Below are positions 63,385-64,000 of a stretch of DNA of 64,000 bases, in pieces. The stretch is from assembly GCA_963730935.1 (NCBI GenBank), contig CAVSTP010000002.1:576001-640000 (forward strand), given 5' to 3'. How positions within the stretch are numbered: position 1 is the stretch's first letter; the number at the start of each line of letters is the position of its first letter. The position numbers and the translations under genes are program-made. The DNA comes from an uncultured Nitrospiraceae bacterium (GTDB lineage: Bacteria; Nitrospirota; Nitrospiria; Nitrospirales; Nitrospiraceae). Below the pieces are notes generated by a model. It saw only the letters and a program-made list of their open reading frames with translations, did no database searches and was not told the origin of the DNA.

Positions 63385-64000
63385 TTGAGGGGTGAGCGCG
63401 ATCGAGATTGGTGCCATGAGGTAGCAAAGTCTCCGAGCTATCTTCCACAAGTGCTTTGCGTACACAAAGCTATTGCTACGGCAGGATTAACGATCTACCA
63501 AATGACCACATGAATCTCTGACGGCAGCGAACTAGTAAACCGCAGGTCAGGACTGGCTGGCGACCAGCAGTCAGAGCAAGATTCCCCCTTCGATTCGTCG
63601 GAAGACATCATGACTTCATGCCCTTGCTCGTCGACGGTCGGGTGGTCGTCTTGTCAGAGCGACTCCGTGCCCTCGTCGGCGTAGAGGAATACGTGGATTT
63701 GTTTCTGATCATATCCTCCAGAGGGGTATTGCTCCTTTGGGCCTCGAGAGCATAACCTCGCGTGATTTGGCGTTCGGTAGGGGGACGTCCTCTCTTCTAG
63801 CAGTATGTGTGGCACGAAGTAAGGTAGAGCTGTTGGACTTTACAGTGAACCAAGAAGTTGAAGTGCCTCGCACATGCTGGTTTATCGAAAAAGTTTCGCC
63901 TGTGTGGAATCAGGAAGGTGAAAGAGAAAGGAAGCAACCTGTACCAACGCTGTTTCTATTTCATAGAGGTGATGCGTATGCCGGCAGTGAAAGACTCATG

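Overview
This is a bacterial window. The gene repertoire and paralog families suggest a Nitrospira-like genome, which is an inference. The first 22.2 kb is the 3' part of one giant (at least about 7,400 aa) Thr/Gly/Ala/Asn-rich repetitive adhesin of the filamentous-haemagglutinin/two-partner-secretion (TpsA) type. It is built from 207-aa and 68-aa tandem units plus a 5.36-kb internal duplication. It is broken only by compensating indels, probably assembly errors, and ends in a two-Cys hook. Directly after it lies a separate gene that looks like a stand-alone, degenerate TPS secretion domain. A CbiX-like gene, a DUF523/DUF1722 gene and a DUF6502-DUF5666 pair follow. From about 28 to 64 kb the window is a decayed island mosaic. 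It holds a putative abortive-infection gene, a sigma54-driven beta-helix protein, duplicated pentapeptide lipoproteins, a lipoprotein-DUF3365 cytochrome c fusion and several pseudogenes. Integration relics include 3' halves of tRNA-Leu and tRNA-Ser, tRNA-Thr-like cores and a 365-bp IS1-like mini-element. A repeat-flanked cassette carries a YqcI/YcgG (GntA/DcsA-like) N-hydroxylase plus DUF1989. The window also has a split general-stress gene set and a field of orphan receiver domains and Cys/Zn micro-proteins. All family calls come from motif recognition, not database searches.
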